A DNA stretch of 64,000 nucleotides from Candidatus Yanofskybacteria bacterium RIFCSPHIGHO2_01_FULL_43_32 (GTDB lineage: Bacteria; Patescibacteriota; Minisyncoccia; 2-02-FULL-40-12; GWA2-44-9). Of the stretch, positions 17,189 through 27,352 are shown piece by piece. Under the pieces are notes generated by a model. The model ran no database searches. It had not been told where the DNA came from and saw only the letters and a list, made by a program, of their open reading frames with translations. Both the position numbers and the translations under genes were made by a program. How positions within the stretch are numbered: position 1 is the stretch's first letter; each line of letters begins with the position of its first letter. The stretch spans positions 172,514-236,513 of the forward strand of contig MGJF01000002.1 in assembly GCA_001794125.1 (NCBI GenBank), read 5' to 3'.

Positions 17189-18445
17189 ATGGTCTGTATT
17201 TTAATTTTGACCATTGTTAGAAAAAGCATGTCTACAAGAAATTTCAGCAACAGGGGATTCAAAACAAGAGCTTCCGGCAGACCGGCATTCAAAAGAGGAG
17301 GAAACTCTTCGCGTTTTGGCGGACGGAGCAGGAATCAGGGCGAATATATCGATCCGGCCCGGTTTATCAACAAAGCGGTCATAACTGAAGAGGTTGAACA
17401 TTTCGTTCCTGAACATAATTTTCAGGATTTTAATGTTGACCAGACAATAAAGAGAGCCATCGCATCTAAGGGTTACATTACCCCGACTCCGATTCAGGAC
17501 AGAGTTATCGCTCATATTTTGAATGGTTCCGATGTGGTCGGAATCGCAAATACCGGTACAGGCAAGACTGCCGCATTTTTGATTCCGTTGATAAATAAAG
17601 TCATTTTAAACCGCAAGGAAATGGTCTTGGTGGTGGTTCCGACCCGCGAACTTGCGTTGCAGATAGAAAGCGAATTGCAGGGTTTTACCCGCGGGATGAG
17701 AATCTTTTCTGTCTGTTGCGTCGGCGGGGCCAGCATGGGCCGCCAGATATCGCAGTTGAGAAATCAATATAACTTTATAATCGGCACTCCGGGACGATTG
17801 AAAGACCACATTGAACATGGCTTTATCCGCCTTGCAGAATTCAAGACCATTGTTTTGGATGAAGCGGACAGGATGCTTGATATGGGATTCATCAATGACA
17901 TGCGTTTTGTGATGGCCGGAATGCCCAAGGAACGGCAGACCCTTTTCTTTTCGGCCACTCTTTCCCGCGACATAGATAACCTTATCTATGAATTTCTCAG
18001 CCAGCCGGTCAAAATTTCCGTTAAGACAAGAGATACCGCAAAGAATGTGGAACAGGATGTTGTCCGCATGGACGGCAAAGACAAGCTGGAAGTTCTCCAT
18101 GATTTATTGGTTAAAAAGTCGGAATTCTGCAAAGTGCTTATTTTTGGAAGAACAAAACACGGTGTGGAACGCCTCTCAAGAAATCTTGCCCAGCGTGGAT
18201 TTAAATCCGAATCTATTCATGGCAACAAGACTCAGTCTCAACGTCAAAAAGCGCTTAATTTGTTCAAAAATAGCTATGTCCAGATTTTGGTCGCGACAGA
18301 CGTCGCCGCCCGCGGCCTTGATATCGCCGATGTCAGCCATGTCATCAACTACGACTTGCCCGCGACATACGACGATTATGTTCATCGCATCGGCCGGACC
18401 GGCCGCGCCGACAAACGCGGCAAAGCTCTCACGTTTCTCGAGTAA
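17189..18445 (+). CDS. DEAD-box ATP-dependent RNA helicase (the start may instead be the ATG at 17228)
   Basis: Q-motif TPIQ, Walker A ANTGTGKTAAF, DEAD (VLDEADRMLDMGF), SAT, and HRIGRTGRA. It has a Gly/Arg-rich N-terminus. Confidence 0.9.
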   Translation: MVCILILTIVRKSMSTRNFSNRGFKTRASGRPAFKRGGNSSRFGGRSRNQGEYIDPARFINKAVITEEVEHFVPEHNFQDFNVDQTIKRAIASKGYITPTPIQDRVIAHILNGSDVVGIANTGTGKTAAFLIPLINKVILNRKEMVLVVVPTRELALQIESELQGFTRGMRIFSVCCVGGASMGRQISQLRNQYNFIIGTPGRLKDHIEHGFIRLAEFKTIVLDEADRMLDMGFINDMRFVMAGMPKERQTLFFSATLSRDIDNLIYEFLSQPVKISVKTRDTAKNVEQDVVRMDGKDKLEVLHDLLVKKSEFCKVLIFGRTKHGVERLSRNLAQRGFKSESIHGNKTQSQRQKALNLFKNSYVQILVATDVAARGLDIADVSHVINYDLPATYDDYVHRIGRTGRADKRGKALTFLE

Positions 18446-18463
18446 TCATGTTAAAATTTATTC

Positions 18464-19264
18464 ATGAAGAAATCTTCTGCATATTTGACGGCGGGTGTTG
18501 TAATTGCCGCAGTTGCGGCGGGCTATTTTGTTGTTACAAAAATAATTCCTTCTATCAATAATCCGCTTCCGGAAATCACACTGACCGGATTTACGCCGGT
18601 TCCCGGTTTTACAACCAGTCCTTCGCCATTGCCTTCTCCGGACACCACCCCCAAGGCGACCGGCACAACCGAACCGGCAAGTTTAATACTGATACGCAAT
18701 GTTCCGTTTACGCCGCAGGCGCCGTTGGCAAACTGGAGCGACCCCAGACAGGAAGACGGCTGCGAGGAAGCTACTGCATTAATGGCCACGAGTTGGGCGA
18801 AAGGCAAACAATTGACTCCGGCCGGAGCAGAACGGGACATTGTTGCTATTTCTGATTATGAAGCCAAGAATTACGGCAGTTTTTATGATACCTCTGTCCA
18901 GGATATTATAGACAGAATCTATAAGGACTATTTTCGTTATAATAATGTTGAAGCAAAATACGACATTATGGCAAACGATATAAAAACAGAACTAATAAAA
19001 GGAAATTTAGTCGTCGTGCCGGCCAACGGCAGACTGCTTAACAATCCTTACTATAAGCCGCCGGGACCGCTTCGGCATATGCTGATAATCAAAGGATACG
19101 ACCCCAATACTGACGAATTTATTACCAATGACCCGGGCACCAAGAGAGGAGAGCAATACCGTTATCCCGCCCGGATTATAATGGACGCCATTTATGATTA
19201 TAAGACCGGTCACGGCGAGCCCGTTACTTCAATAATCAAGGCGATGATCGTGGTCCGTCCGTAG
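18464..19264 (+). CDS. secreted protein with a C39-like (BtrH-type) cysteine peptidase domain, putative
   Basis: Signal/TM segment, a Pro/Thr-rich linker, then DGCEEATALMATSW...HMLIIKGYDPNTDEFITNDPG, which resembles papain-like C39_2. The assignment is from memory and is weak. Confidence 0.35.
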   Translation: MKKSSAYLTAGVVIAAVAAGYFVVTKIIPSINNPLPEITLTGFTPVPGFTTSPSPLPSPDTTPKATGTTEPASLILIRNVPFTPQAPLANWSDPRQEDGCEEATALMATSWAKGKQLTPAGAERDIVAISDYEAKNYGSFYDTSVQDIIDRIYKDYFRYNNVEAKYDIMANDIKTELIKGNLVVVPANGRLLNNPYYKPPGPLRHMLIIKGYDPNTDEFITNDPGTKRGEQYRYPARIIMDAIYDYKTGHGEPVTSIIKAMIVVRP

Positions 19265-19316
19265 TGCCAACTGCCATTGCGGTTTGTTATTGTTAAACTT
19301 AAAATAAGGACATATC

Positions 19317-20327
19317 GTGTTAATGTTTTATCTCGTTCTTGTTCTTGGGTATCTTGTCGGCTCTTTATCGCCGGGTTATTTTTTTGGCCGCTTGGTTAAG
19401 GGAATCGACATCAGGGATTATAAATACCATAACACCGGAGCGACTAACACATACTTCATTGTTGGACCTGTTTATGGCATCATTGCCGGCCTTTTTGATT
19501 TTTTAAAAACGCCGGCGGTTTATTACCTGAGTCTTAATTGGCTAAGTCCTGATACGGCTATTCTTGTCGGGTTAGCCGGAGTAGCCGGCCATATCGCGCC
19601 GTTTTATCTCGGATTCCGGGGCGGAAGAGGAGTGGCTTCATTGGCGGGGTTGTGTTTTATCGCGCTTTTTTATACGCGTTCAACGTATGCATTGTTATTG
19701 ATTGCCGGGTTTGTCGCATATAGCATCAACGTATCCGCGGTTAAAATGAAATTGCCTGTGAGGCACTTATTGAAACTCGGCGCTTTGGCATTTCCTTTAG
19801 GTTTGCTCGTGGCGCCAAAAATAACCATTATCGCGATAGTAGCCGTTCTTCTGGGAATCGCTCTTTTTGTTGACGCCGTTCGCCTGACAACCCCGTCTTT
19901 TAATGAAAAATATTTTAAATTAAAAGCGCTTGCGAGAGAAAAAGAGAAGAGGCGTTTATCGGGCTATAGTATTTTCTTGTCCAGCGCCTTTATAATAATC
20001 AGTTTGTTTTCCACGGAAATTGCGGTGGTAAGTTTGTCATTTTTTATTTTGGGCGATACCTTTGCCCCGTTCAGCAAGATAATCCGCTTCCTGCCGCAGA
20101 AGCTCATACTTGGCGAAAAAACTCTTGCCGGGGCTGTAGTTATATTTGTGATTTCTTTTGTTGCCGGACTATTTCTCCAATCTTTAACACCGCTTGTTTT
20201 GCCGCTGAAAACAATACTTATCGGGGCATCGTTAGCGGCCGTATTGGACCAATTCTCTTTTTTGTTGGACGACAATATTCTCGTTCCTCTCGGCAGCGCG
20301 ATATTGTTGAGTGCCATACAATATTAA
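19317..20327 (+). CDS. plsY: glycerol-3-phosphate acyltransferase PlsY-like with a ~130-aa C-terminal membrane extension
   Basis: The N-terminal ~200 aa carry GSLSPGYFFG...HNTGATN...GHIAPFYLGFRGGRGVA (PlsY motifs). The added C-terminal TM region (GEKTLAGAVVIFVISF) is of unknown type. Confidence 0.55.
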   Translation: MLMFYLVLVLGYLVGSLSPGYFFGRLVKGIDIRDYKYHNTGATNTYFIVGPVYGIIAGLFDFLKTPAVYYLSLNWLSPDTAILVGLAGVAGHIAPFYLGFRGGRGVASLAGLCFIALFYTRSTYALLLIAGFVAYSINVSAVKMKLPVRHLLKLGALAFPLGLLVAPKITIIAIVAVLLGIALFVDAVRLTTPSFNEKYFKLKALAREKEKRRLSGYSIFLSSAFIIISLFSTEIAVVSLSFFILGDTFAPFSKIIRFLPQKLILGEKTLAGAVVIFVISFVAGLFLQSLTPLVLPLKTILIGASLAAVLDQFSFLLDDNILVPLGSAILLSAIQY

Positions 20328-20380
20328 TTCTGTTTCTGGAAAATATCGTCAGAAAATGTATAATATGCAGTGTAACTAAA

Positions 20381-20803
20381 ATGACCAGACTTATTAAGGA
20401 CAATATCTTATATATAGCTTGGATAACGGCCGTGGTTTCAATGGCGGGGAGTTTGTATTTTGGCGAGATTTTGGGTTTTACTCCCTGTGTCCTTTGCTGG
20501 TACCAGAGAATTGCCATGTATCCCCTTGTTCTGATTATTGGTGTCGGAATCATCAAGAAAGACAGGAATTTCCTTAACTATGCATTGCCACTAAGCGTAA
20601 TAGGCGGCGCTATTGCTTTTTATCAAAATTTGTTGTATTATAGTGTTATACAAGAGAGGTTAATACCCTGCACTTTTGGCATATCCTGCGTTACCAGATA
20701 TATAAATTTGCTTGGTTTTATAGACATACCCCTTCTGTCGCTATTCTCTTTTATTATCATCACGACTGCATTATTAATCCACAAAAAATCAAACCATGTC
20801 TAA
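20381..20803 (+). CDS. disulfide bond formation protein B (DsbB/BdbC family)
   Basis: FTPCVLCWYQRIAMYP matches the CxxC plus WYQR signature. Four TM helices. Confidence 0.7.
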   Translation: MTRLIKDNILYIAWITAVVSMAGSLYFGEILGFTPCVLCWYQRIAMYPLVLIIGVGIIKKDRNFLNYALPLSVIGGAIAFYQNLLYYSVIQERLIPCTFGISCVTRYINLLGFIDIPLLSLFSFIIITTALLIHKKSNHV

Positions 20804-21434
20804 AGAAACTAAAATTATTTCAGGCATCGGAATCCTCCTTTTCGCATTATTTGCGTTTTTAATTTACAAGACAAACACCGGATCTCAAGTCGTTGCCGAT
20901 TCTAATTTATTGATTGGCCAAATAAGCCACATGACCGGCACAAAAGATGCCAAAGTTAACGTTGTTGAATTCGGCGATTACCAATGTCCGGCTTGCGCGT
21001 ATGCCAACCCTATTGTCCGGCAGCTCGTTGAGGCGTACAAAGACAATCCGAACGCAAATTTTGTTTACAGGAATTTTCCTCTTCCCCAACACTCTAACGC
21101 CATGATTTCCGCAGAAGCAGCCGAAGCCGCGGGAGTCCAAGGAAAGTTTTGGGAGATGCACGACATGCTTTATGAAGGCCAAAAAGAATGGTCAGGAAAT
21201 CCTAAGGCCCTGGAAATATTTGCCGGATATGCCCAAAAACTCGGACTTGACGTCAAAGCGTTTACCGATGCAGTCAGTCAGGAGAAATTCAAGGATACTA
21301 TTCTCAAAGACCGCTCCGACGGCCAAGCGCTTGGCATTAACAGCACTCCAACTTTCTTTGTAAATGGAGAAAAACTAAACGGCATACCGAGCCTTGAAGA
21401 ATTTAAGAAGCTCATAGACAGTAAACTGCAATAA
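20796..21434 (+). CDS. DsbA-like thioredoxin-fold thiol:disulfide oxidoreductase
   Basis: N-terminal TM anchor, EFGDYQCPACAY (CPxC), and cis-Pro region INSTPTFFVNGE. It overlaps the dsbB stop. Confidence 0.75.
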   Translation: MSKETKIISGIGILLFALFAFLIYKTNTGSQVVADSNLLIGQISHMTGTKDAKVNVVEFGDYQCPACAYANPIVRQLVEAYKDNPNANFVYRNFPLPQHSNAMISAEAAEAAGVQGKFWEMHDMLYEGQKEWSGNPKALEIFAGYAQKLGLDVKAFTDAVSQEKFKDTILKDRSDGQALGINSTPTFFVNGEKLNGIPSLEEFKKLIDSKLQ

Positions 21435-21622
21435 TGCACCATCTTTTCGATGAGGAATTAGTTCGTCAATATAAAACCACAAAGGACGAACGCGTTCTGG
21501 AGGTTTTAATTAAGCGATACCTCCAGCAAATATATGGTTTCGCAAGAAATTATACAGGCAATGAAGACAATGCTTCTGATATAACTCAAGAAGTATTCGT
21601 TAAGGTCTGGAAAAATAAATAA
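21434..21622 (+). pseudogene. truncated ECF sigma-70 family fragment (region 2 only)
   Basis: The 62 aa read LVRQYKTTKDERVLEVLIKRYLQQIYGFARNYTGNEDNASDITQEVFVKVW, which is sigma-70 region 2.1-2.2. The ORF stops where a full ECF sigma (~170 aa) would continue. A convergent gene abuts it. Confidence 0.4.
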
Positions 21623-22306
21623 TTAAAGCCCTAAATTTTTCAGAAACATATTCAGTTCCTCTCCGCCGATAGCTCTGTGGCTGCCGGCAGGCAAGTTGCC
21701 GAGCTCTATGTTCAATATCCTTGTCCTCTTGAGATCCTTAACCTCATTGCGCAGGGCAACACACATCCTCCTGATTTGATGTTTCTTGCCCTCGGTCAGG
21801 GCTATTTTGAAAGTAAAATTGTTTAGTATTTCAACTTTGCATTTTTTTGTTTTATAGCCCTCAATATCTACGCCTGCCTCCATTTTTTGTTTGAAGTTGG
21901 GTCTCAACTTTTCTTTAATAACAACGATATATTCCTTTTCATGAGCGTATTCCGGATTCAAAAGCCGATCGGTAACTCTGCCGTCGTTGGTCAGAAGCAT
22001 CAGGCCGTGGGAGTCCTTATCTAATCGGCCTAATGGAAATATGTCTTTATTGAGAAAAATAGGCGTATCGGTCGTTTCTCCCGCTGGTTTATTGTAGGCA
22101 AAATAGAGATAGCTTTTCGGCTTCTTACTTTTTAAAACCTCCACAACATCTTTTTCGTTGACCTTGTCTCCAAGCTCTGCAAATCTTCCATTGATAAGAA
22201 CCTGCTTTTTCTGGACAAGCTCATCTCCGCCCCGGCGGGTAGAGTGTTTTTGCCAGGCAAGATACCGGTTTATTCTCATCGGAAATTTGGGATTTTTCAT
22301 ACGCAT
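21623..22306 (-). CDS. rRNA pseudouridine synthase, RsuA/RluB family (S4 domain plus PseudoU_synth_2)
   Basis: MRINRYLAWQKHSTRRGGDELVQKKQVLINGR (S4 domain) and PLGRLDKDSHGLMLLTNDG (catalytic Asp motif). Confidence 0.85.
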   Translation of the reverse strand: MRMKNPKFPMRINRYLAWQKHSTRRGGDELVQKKQVLINGRFAELGDKVNEKDVVEVLKSKKPKSYLYFAYNKPAGETTDTPIFLNKDIFPLGRLDKDSHGLMLLTNDGRVTDRLLNPEYAHEKEYIVVIKEKLRPNFKQKMEAGVDIEGYKTKKCKVEILNNFTFKIALTEGKKHQIRRMCVALRNEVKDLKRTRILNIELGNLPAGSHRAIGGEELNMFLKNLGL

Positions 22307-22321
22307 TAGTTTACCATAAAG

Positions 22322-22350
22322 TTGGCATTAAATATTATTTTGGGTATAAT
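22322..22350 (+). promoter_or_regulatory. sigma70-type promoter (TTGGCA, 17-nt spacer, TATAAT)
   Basis: Upstream of the copper locus, read directly from the sequence. Confidence 0.35.
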
Positions 22351-22656
22351 TAGATTTAAGATTATTAAAGCCTAAGAAATGCCTAAATTACTGATATTTT
22401 TATTGATTACTTTATTTTTAGTCGCACCATTAGTGGTTCTTTTGGGTTTTCATGACGATTGCTCCAGACAAGCCTGCCACATGCTAATGATTAATTTTTT
22501 TATACTGACTTCAACGATAATTGTATCTACAATATTTATAATCACACAGCTAACCAGCGAGGTGTTATTATTTGAAACACTTTATTCGACAGAAGTTTTT
22601 CTTCCGCCCCGCTTACCTTAGGAGGGGGATTCTCTTTTCAGTCAGACCTAACACTT

Positions 22657-22674
22657 TTGTCCTAAATAGGACAA
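22657..22674 (+). promoter_or_regulatory. perfect 8-bp inverted repeat TTGTCCTA-AA-TAGGACAA, a candidate repressor operator upstream of the copper locus
   Basis: An exact palindrome 12 nt upstream of the ATG at 22686. Confidence 0.35.
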
Positions 22675-22685
22675 TCCAAAATAAA

Positions 22686-24023
22686 ATGAATAAAAAGACA
22701 TATAACGTAAGAGGCATGCATTGTCGTTCCTGCGAAATACTCATTGAAGATAATATTATCTCAAAAGTTCAGGGAGTTAAAAAGGTGAACGTTAATCATA
22801 GAAAAGGTCTTGTCCAGGTTTACTACGACCGACAAACTCCTTCAGACGGACAAATTAGAAAGGTAGTAGAAGATGCCGGATATAGCATGGGAATAGATTC
22901 AAAGAAATCACTTTTCTCTAAGGATTCAATGATTTACATAGAGCTTCTATTTGCGGGCGGTGTTTTGCTATTTATTTATTTCTTGATGCAGATATTCGGG
23001 ATATTTAATTTGAATTACGGATTCGGCAACTCGCCGGGATTAATTGCGGTTGTTTTAATCGGTTTAACTGCCGGAATTTCTACCTGCATGGCTTTGGTTG
23101 GCGGAATTGTTCTCGGCATCTCCACCCGGCACTCTGCTCTGCATCCGGAAGCTACACCGGCTCAAAAATTTCGTCCCCATCTGTTCTTTAATGCGGGAAG
23201 ATTGTCCTCATATTTATTTTTGGGAGGAGTAATCGGCTTGGTCGGTTCGGCATTTCGTTTTTCAAGTTCAGTTCTGGGGACACTGATAGTGGTAGCGGGA
23301 ATTGCCATGTTCTTTCTCGGATTAAAACTTATTGAAGTCTTTCCGCGCTTGGAAGGTCTGGTTTTGCCTAAAAGTATCAGCCGGCTCTTCGGTGGTAACC
23401 GTGAAATTAAAGAATACAGCCACAAAGACTCTTTTCTCTCAGGAGCCGCAACATTTTTCTTGCCCTGCGGTTTTACCCAAGCGATGCAGTTATATGCGGT
23501 AAGCACCGGCAGTTTTACCAGAGGAAGTTTAATTATGGGCTTGTTTGCTTTGGGGACAATGCCGGGGCTTTTGGGTATAGGAGGAATAACATCAGCGGTA
23601 AGAGGATGGTTTAGGGGATATTTCTTTAAATTTGCGGGATTGATAGTCATAATTTTAGGATTATTGAATATTTCTTACGGCTATAATCTGACCGGAATTG
23701 CTTTTGGTGGTTTTAGTATCCAAAATCAGGATAAAATAAGCGGTACATTTGAGGACGGCAAGCAAGTTATAAGGATAACTCAATCCGTCCGCGGATACTC
23801 TCCGGATAAGATTACCGTAAAAAAGGGCATTCCTGTTAAACTATTGGTAAACGCGACAAATCTGTATTCTTGTTCGGCAAGTTTGGTGATTCCGAAGTAT
23901 AATATCTTTACCGGCCTGAAAGAAGGAATTAACGAATTTGAGTTTACACCTGAAAGCACAGGTCCGGTTAAATTCAGTTGTTCCATGGGCATGTATACGG
24001 GAGTAATAAATGTAATTAACTAA
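22686..24023 (+). CDS. HMA-domain membrane protein: N-terminal heavy-metal-associated domain, a polytopic permease and a C-terminal cupredoxin-like domain
   Basis: N-terminal GMHCRSCEILIED (MxCxxC HMA). The central region has ~8 TM helices with paired Cys (GISTCMAL, FFLPCGF). The C-terminal KFSCSMGMYTGVINV is a cupredoxin-type Cu site. Confidence 0.55.
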   Translation: MNKKTYNVRGMHCRSCEILIEDNIISKVQGVKKVNVNHRKGLVQVYYDRQTPSDGQIRKVVEDAGYSMGIDSKKSLFSKDSMIYIELLFAGGVLLFIYFLMQIFGIFNLNYGFGNSPGLIAVVLIGLTAGISTCMALVGGIVLGISTRHSALHPEATPAQKFRPHLFFNAGRLSSYLFLGGVIGLVGSAFRFSSSVLGTLIVVAGIAMFFLGLKLIEVFPRLEGLVLPKSISRLFGGNREIKEYSHKDSFLSGAATFFLPCGFTQAMQLYAVSTGSFTRGSLIMGLFALGTMPGLLGIGGITSAVRGWFRGYFFKFAGLIVIILGLLNISYGYNLTGIAFGGFSIQNQDKISGTFEDGKQVIRITQSVRGYSPDKITVKKGIPVKLLVNATNLYSCSASLVIPKYNIFTGLKEGINEFEFTPESTGPVKFSCSMGMYTGVINVIN

Positions 24024-24147
24024 TCATGTGAATCCCGCACTTATTGAGCATATGCAGCGTGATAGGTGTCGTCAAAGATGCGGGATATAATGAATTAATT
24101 AAATAATCGAGGATTGTGCATCTAAAACAGCTGCATAGGAAAGCCCA

Positions 24148-24525
24148 ATGCTCGATAAGTGCGGGATGAACGAAACAATTGTTACTATATCTGGAATTAT
24201 CGGTATAATCTTTGTGTTTTGGTTTTTCCTTATGAAAAAAGAAAAAAAAGAAGTGGCAGTCATTGGTTCCGTTGACATTATCGTTGAGGGCGGATACTCG
24301 CCGGAGGCAATATCTATTCCCAAAAATAAAACAACGAAATTAAATTTTATACGCAAAGATTCTTCAAGTTGTTTGGAAGAAGTAGTCTTGCCTGATTTTA
24401 AGATACGCAAACATCTTCCATTTAACGAAAAGGTGGTCATTGAGATTACTCCAAAGCAAACAGGAGAATTTAAGTATTCCTGTGGAATGAACATGTTTCA
24501 CGGTAAAATTATCGTAACTGATTAA
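24148..24525 (+). CDS. cupredoxin-like copper-binding protein with a TM anchor (the start may be 24166)
   Basis: EFKYSCGMNMFHGKIIV matches the C-terminal domain of the upstream fusion protein (Cys/Met/His ligands). Confidence 0.5.
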   Translation: MLDKCGMNETIVTISGIIGIIFVFWFFLMKKEKKEVAVIGSVDIIVEGGYSPEAISIPKNKTTKLNFIRKDSSSCLEEVVLPDFKIRKHLPFNEKVVIEITPKQTGEFKYSCGMNMFHGKIIVTD

Positions 24526-24537
24526 CAAAATATCACC

Positions 24538-26862
24538 ATGAATAAAATTAAAAAAACCTTCTCAATTAAAGGGATGCACTGCGCATCCTGTGTGCTGATA
24601 ATTGAGCAATCATTAAAAAAGGTTGATGGCGTATCGGAGGCGAATGTTAACTTGGTGACTGAAAAAGCCACGGTTGCATACGATTCGGATAAGGTAACGG
24701 ACGATAAATTAAATTCAGCGGTAGCTAATGCCGGTTATAAGGCATTTATTAAAGAGGAACTTCAATCTGAAGACAAAGAGCGTGCAGAAAAACAAAAAGA
24801 ATTAAAAGATTTGAAATTTAGGGTTGTGATTAGTTTAACTCTTGGCGCGCTTGTTTTGTGGGGAGGGTTTCCGACTTTGATGGACACTTCCCCCTCAATT
24901 TTAAAGAATTTTTGGATTCAATTGCTTTTGGCAACCCCCGTTCAATTCTGGGCGGGCTGGGTTTTTTACAGAGCGGCAATTCCTGCGTTGAGGCACCGAA
25001 CCGCAAACATGGACACTCTTGTTGTTATTGGGACTACGGTTGCTTACGGCTATTCGGCTTTTGTTACAGCATTTCCACAAGTGGTTCAACGAATAGGCAC
25101 TGAACCAATGCCATACTTTGACGTGGCCACAATCATTATTGGTTTAATTCTTCTTGGGCGGTATTTTGAGGCCAAAGCCAAAGCTGGAACTTCTGAAGCC
25201 ATTAAAAAATTAATAGGGCTGCAGGCCAAAACCGCCAGAGTTGTAAGGGATAATAAAGAAATAGATATACCAATCAGCGAAGTGGTTATTGGCGATTTAA
25301 TTAGAGTACGGCCGGGAGAAAAGATACCTGTTGACGGAATGATAACCGAAGGGGATTCGTCTATTGATGAATCTATGATAACCGGAGAAAGTATGCCGGT
25401 AGACAAAAAAAACGGGGATACGGTTGTTGGCGCTACCATAAATAAAAGCGGAAGCTTTGTTTTTGAGGCAACAAAGATTGGACAAGAGACAATGCTTGCC
25501 CAAATCATCAAACTTGTTCAGGAAGCCCAAGGCAGTAAGGCTCCTATTCAGCGTCTGGCTGATTTGGTCTCTTCTTATTTTGTTCCGATTGTTATTATGT
25601 TGGCCATAGCCACATTTGTTGTGTGGTATAATTTGGGGCCTGAGCCAGCTTTGCTCTATGCCATTCTGAATACTGTCGCCGTCTTAATAATTGCTTGTCC
25701 GTGCGCGATGGGTTTGGCAACACCTACAGCCATCATGGTTGGCACCGGTAAAGGAGCGGAGCATGGCATATTAATAAAAGATGCAGAAAGCTTAGAGATT
25801 GCTCATAAGGTTAAAACGATAATCTTTGATAAAACGGGAACACTTACAAAGGGCGAACCATCGGTAACTGATGTTATTGCTTTTGATAACGGCAAAGAGA
25901 ATGAAGTTTTGCGATACGCGGCTTCTCTTGAAAAATTTTCAGAGCATCCGGTTGCCATGGCAATTGTGGCCTTTGCGGCAAGTCTTGGTAAATCATCATC
26001 TCATCCACTGGATAAAGCGATAAGAGAAAAAGCGGAGACCGAAAAAACCGAACTCTTTGCGGTAGATAAATTTAAGGCCAATACAGGAAAAGGACTGGAG
26101 GGAGAGATAATAATTGTAGGTAGTCCTAAAAAGTTTTATTTTGGAAATAGGGCTTTAATGAAAGATATATCCATTGACCTTGGCGCTCACGAAATAGAAA
26201 TAGAAAAACTGGAAAATGAGGGTAAGACGGTAATGATTTTGGCATCGGACTCCGATCTTTTGGGCGCCATTGCGGTAGCTGATACTGTTAAAGAAAATGC
26301 CCGGCAGGGGATAGAAGAACTTAAAAAACTTGGTATTGAGCCGGTAATGATTACCGGTGATAACTTTAAAACAGCTATGGCGATAGCCAATAAAGTCGGC
26401 ATTACAAGAGTTTTAGCTGAAGTGCTTCCGGACCAAAAAGAGGCTGAAGTAAAAAAAATTCAAGCTGAAAATAAAATTGTAGCTATGGTGGGCGACGGTA
26501 TAAACGATGCCCCGGCTTTAGCTCAAGCCGATGTCGGAATTGCCATGGGCACGGGAACGGACGTGGCCATAGAAGCAGCCGATATTACTCTCATCAATAA
26601 AGACCTTAAATCAGTGGCCGCTACAATCCGATTGTCCAAAATGACCATGAAAACCATAAAACTCAACCTCTTTTGGGCTTTTGGGTACAATATCATTCTT
26701 ATCCCGGTTGCTATGGGAGCTCTTTACCCATCCTTCCACATTTTGTTGAATCCGATATTTGCTTCCATCGCTATGGCTACAAGTTCGATTTCGGTTGTTT
26801 CCAGCTCGCTTTTACTCAAACGCTTCCGGTTGAATGGAACTCAAACTAAAAGTTTGGTATGA
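24538..26862 (+). CDS. copA: copper-translocating P1B-type ATPase
   Basis: [16 protein letters not shown], the CPC motif ([12 protein letters not shown]), DKTGTLT, and GDGINDAP. Confidence 0.92.
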   Translation: MNKIKKTFSIKGMHCASCVLIIEQSLKKVDGVSEANVNLVTEKATVAYDSDKVTDDKLNSAVANAGYKAFIKEELQSEDKERAEKQKELKDLKFRVVISLTLGALVLWGGFPTLMDTSPSILKNFWIQLLLATPVQFWAGWVFYRAAIPALRHRTANMDTLVVIGTTVAYGYSAFVTAFPQVVQRIGTEPMPYFDVATIIIGLILLGRYFEAKAKAGTSEAIKKLIGLQAKTARVVRDNKEIDIPISEVVIGDLIRVRPGEKIPVDGMITEGDSSIDESMITGESMPVDKKNGDTVVGATINKSGSFVFEATKIGQETMLAQIIKLVQEAQGSKAPIQRLADLVSSYFVPIVIMLAIATFVVWYNLGPEPALLYAILNTVAVLIIACPCAMGLATPTAIMVGTGKGAEHGILIKDAESLEIAHKVKTIIFDKTGTLTKGEPSVTDVIAFDNGKENEVLRYAASLEKFSEHPVAMAIVAFAASLGKSSSHPLDKAIREKAETEKTELFAVDKFKANTGKGLEGEIIIVGSPKKFYFGNRALMKDISIDLGAHEIEIEKLENEGKTVMILASDSDLLGAIAVADTVKENARQGIEELKKLGIEPVMITGDNFKTAMAIANKVGITRVLAEVLPDQKEAEVKKIQAENKIVAMVGDGINDAPALAQADVGIAMGTGTDVAIEAADITLINKDLKSVAATIRLSKMTMKTIKLNLFWAFGYNIILIPVAMGALYPSFHILLNPIFASIAMATSSISVVSSSLLLKRFRLNGTQTKSLV

Positions 26863-26871
26863 TATAAACAT

Positions 26872-27345
26872 ATGGATTTCTTAGCAATAATCCAAAGTAA
26901 GCCTGTTCTCATAGGTTTTCACCTTGGTTTTGCGATTGTCGGAATCGATGCGTTTTTATGGTTATTGGGAAAACTAAGAAGCGACGGGGGTTCGCAAAAA
27001 AGCACGATTGCTACGGCAGTAATCGGCGTGACTGCTTTTATCGCCAGCTGGATTGCCGGGGGATATTACTACGTGGTTTATTACGGCGGGCTTGTAAAAC
27101 CGGTTATTCAAAAGGGCCTGACGCCGTGGGCTCACAATATTATTATGGAAACCAAAGAACACGTTTTCTTGTTTATTATTCCGGTTGCGATGACCACGCT
27201 CTTCATTGCTTTGCTTGATAAAAAAGATATGGAACAGCTTAAAATTCGCCGGCTGGCATGGTTGCTTTCCGGAGCTGTTGCCGTACTGGGACTTCTTATC
27301 GGCGCGATGGGATTTATAATTTCCGCCGCAGCCCGGTGGGGATAA
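26872..27345 (+). CDS. hypothetical membrane protein (4 TM helices)
   Basis: A hydrophobic ORF directly after copA with a compact arrangement. Confidence 0.4.
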   Translation: MDFLAIIQSKPVLIGFHLGFAIVGIDAFLWLLGKLRSDGGSQKSTIATAVIGVTAFIASWIAGGYYYVVYYGGLVKPVIQKGLTPWAHNIIMETKEHVFLFIIPVAMTTLFIALLDKKDMEQLKIRRLAWLLSGAVAVLGLLIGAMGFIISAAARWG

Positions 27346-27352
27346 AAATTTT

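Noticed and set aside
17606-18100. A 164-aa minus-strand ORF, and similar antisense ORFs (e.g. 23162..23650, 25086..25511, 1449..1787, 56481..56954)
   Set aside because: They lie fully inside well-supported genes on the opposite strand (the DEAD-box helicase, the copper permease, copA, ftsQ, and the 56370 gene). I treat them as antisense frame artefacts.
22379-22621. An 80-aa ORF upstream of the copper locus
   Set aside because: No convincing RBS, and an odd composition. It overlaps the leader and operator region of the 22686 gene. It may be a small membrane peptide, but the evidence is too thin to call.
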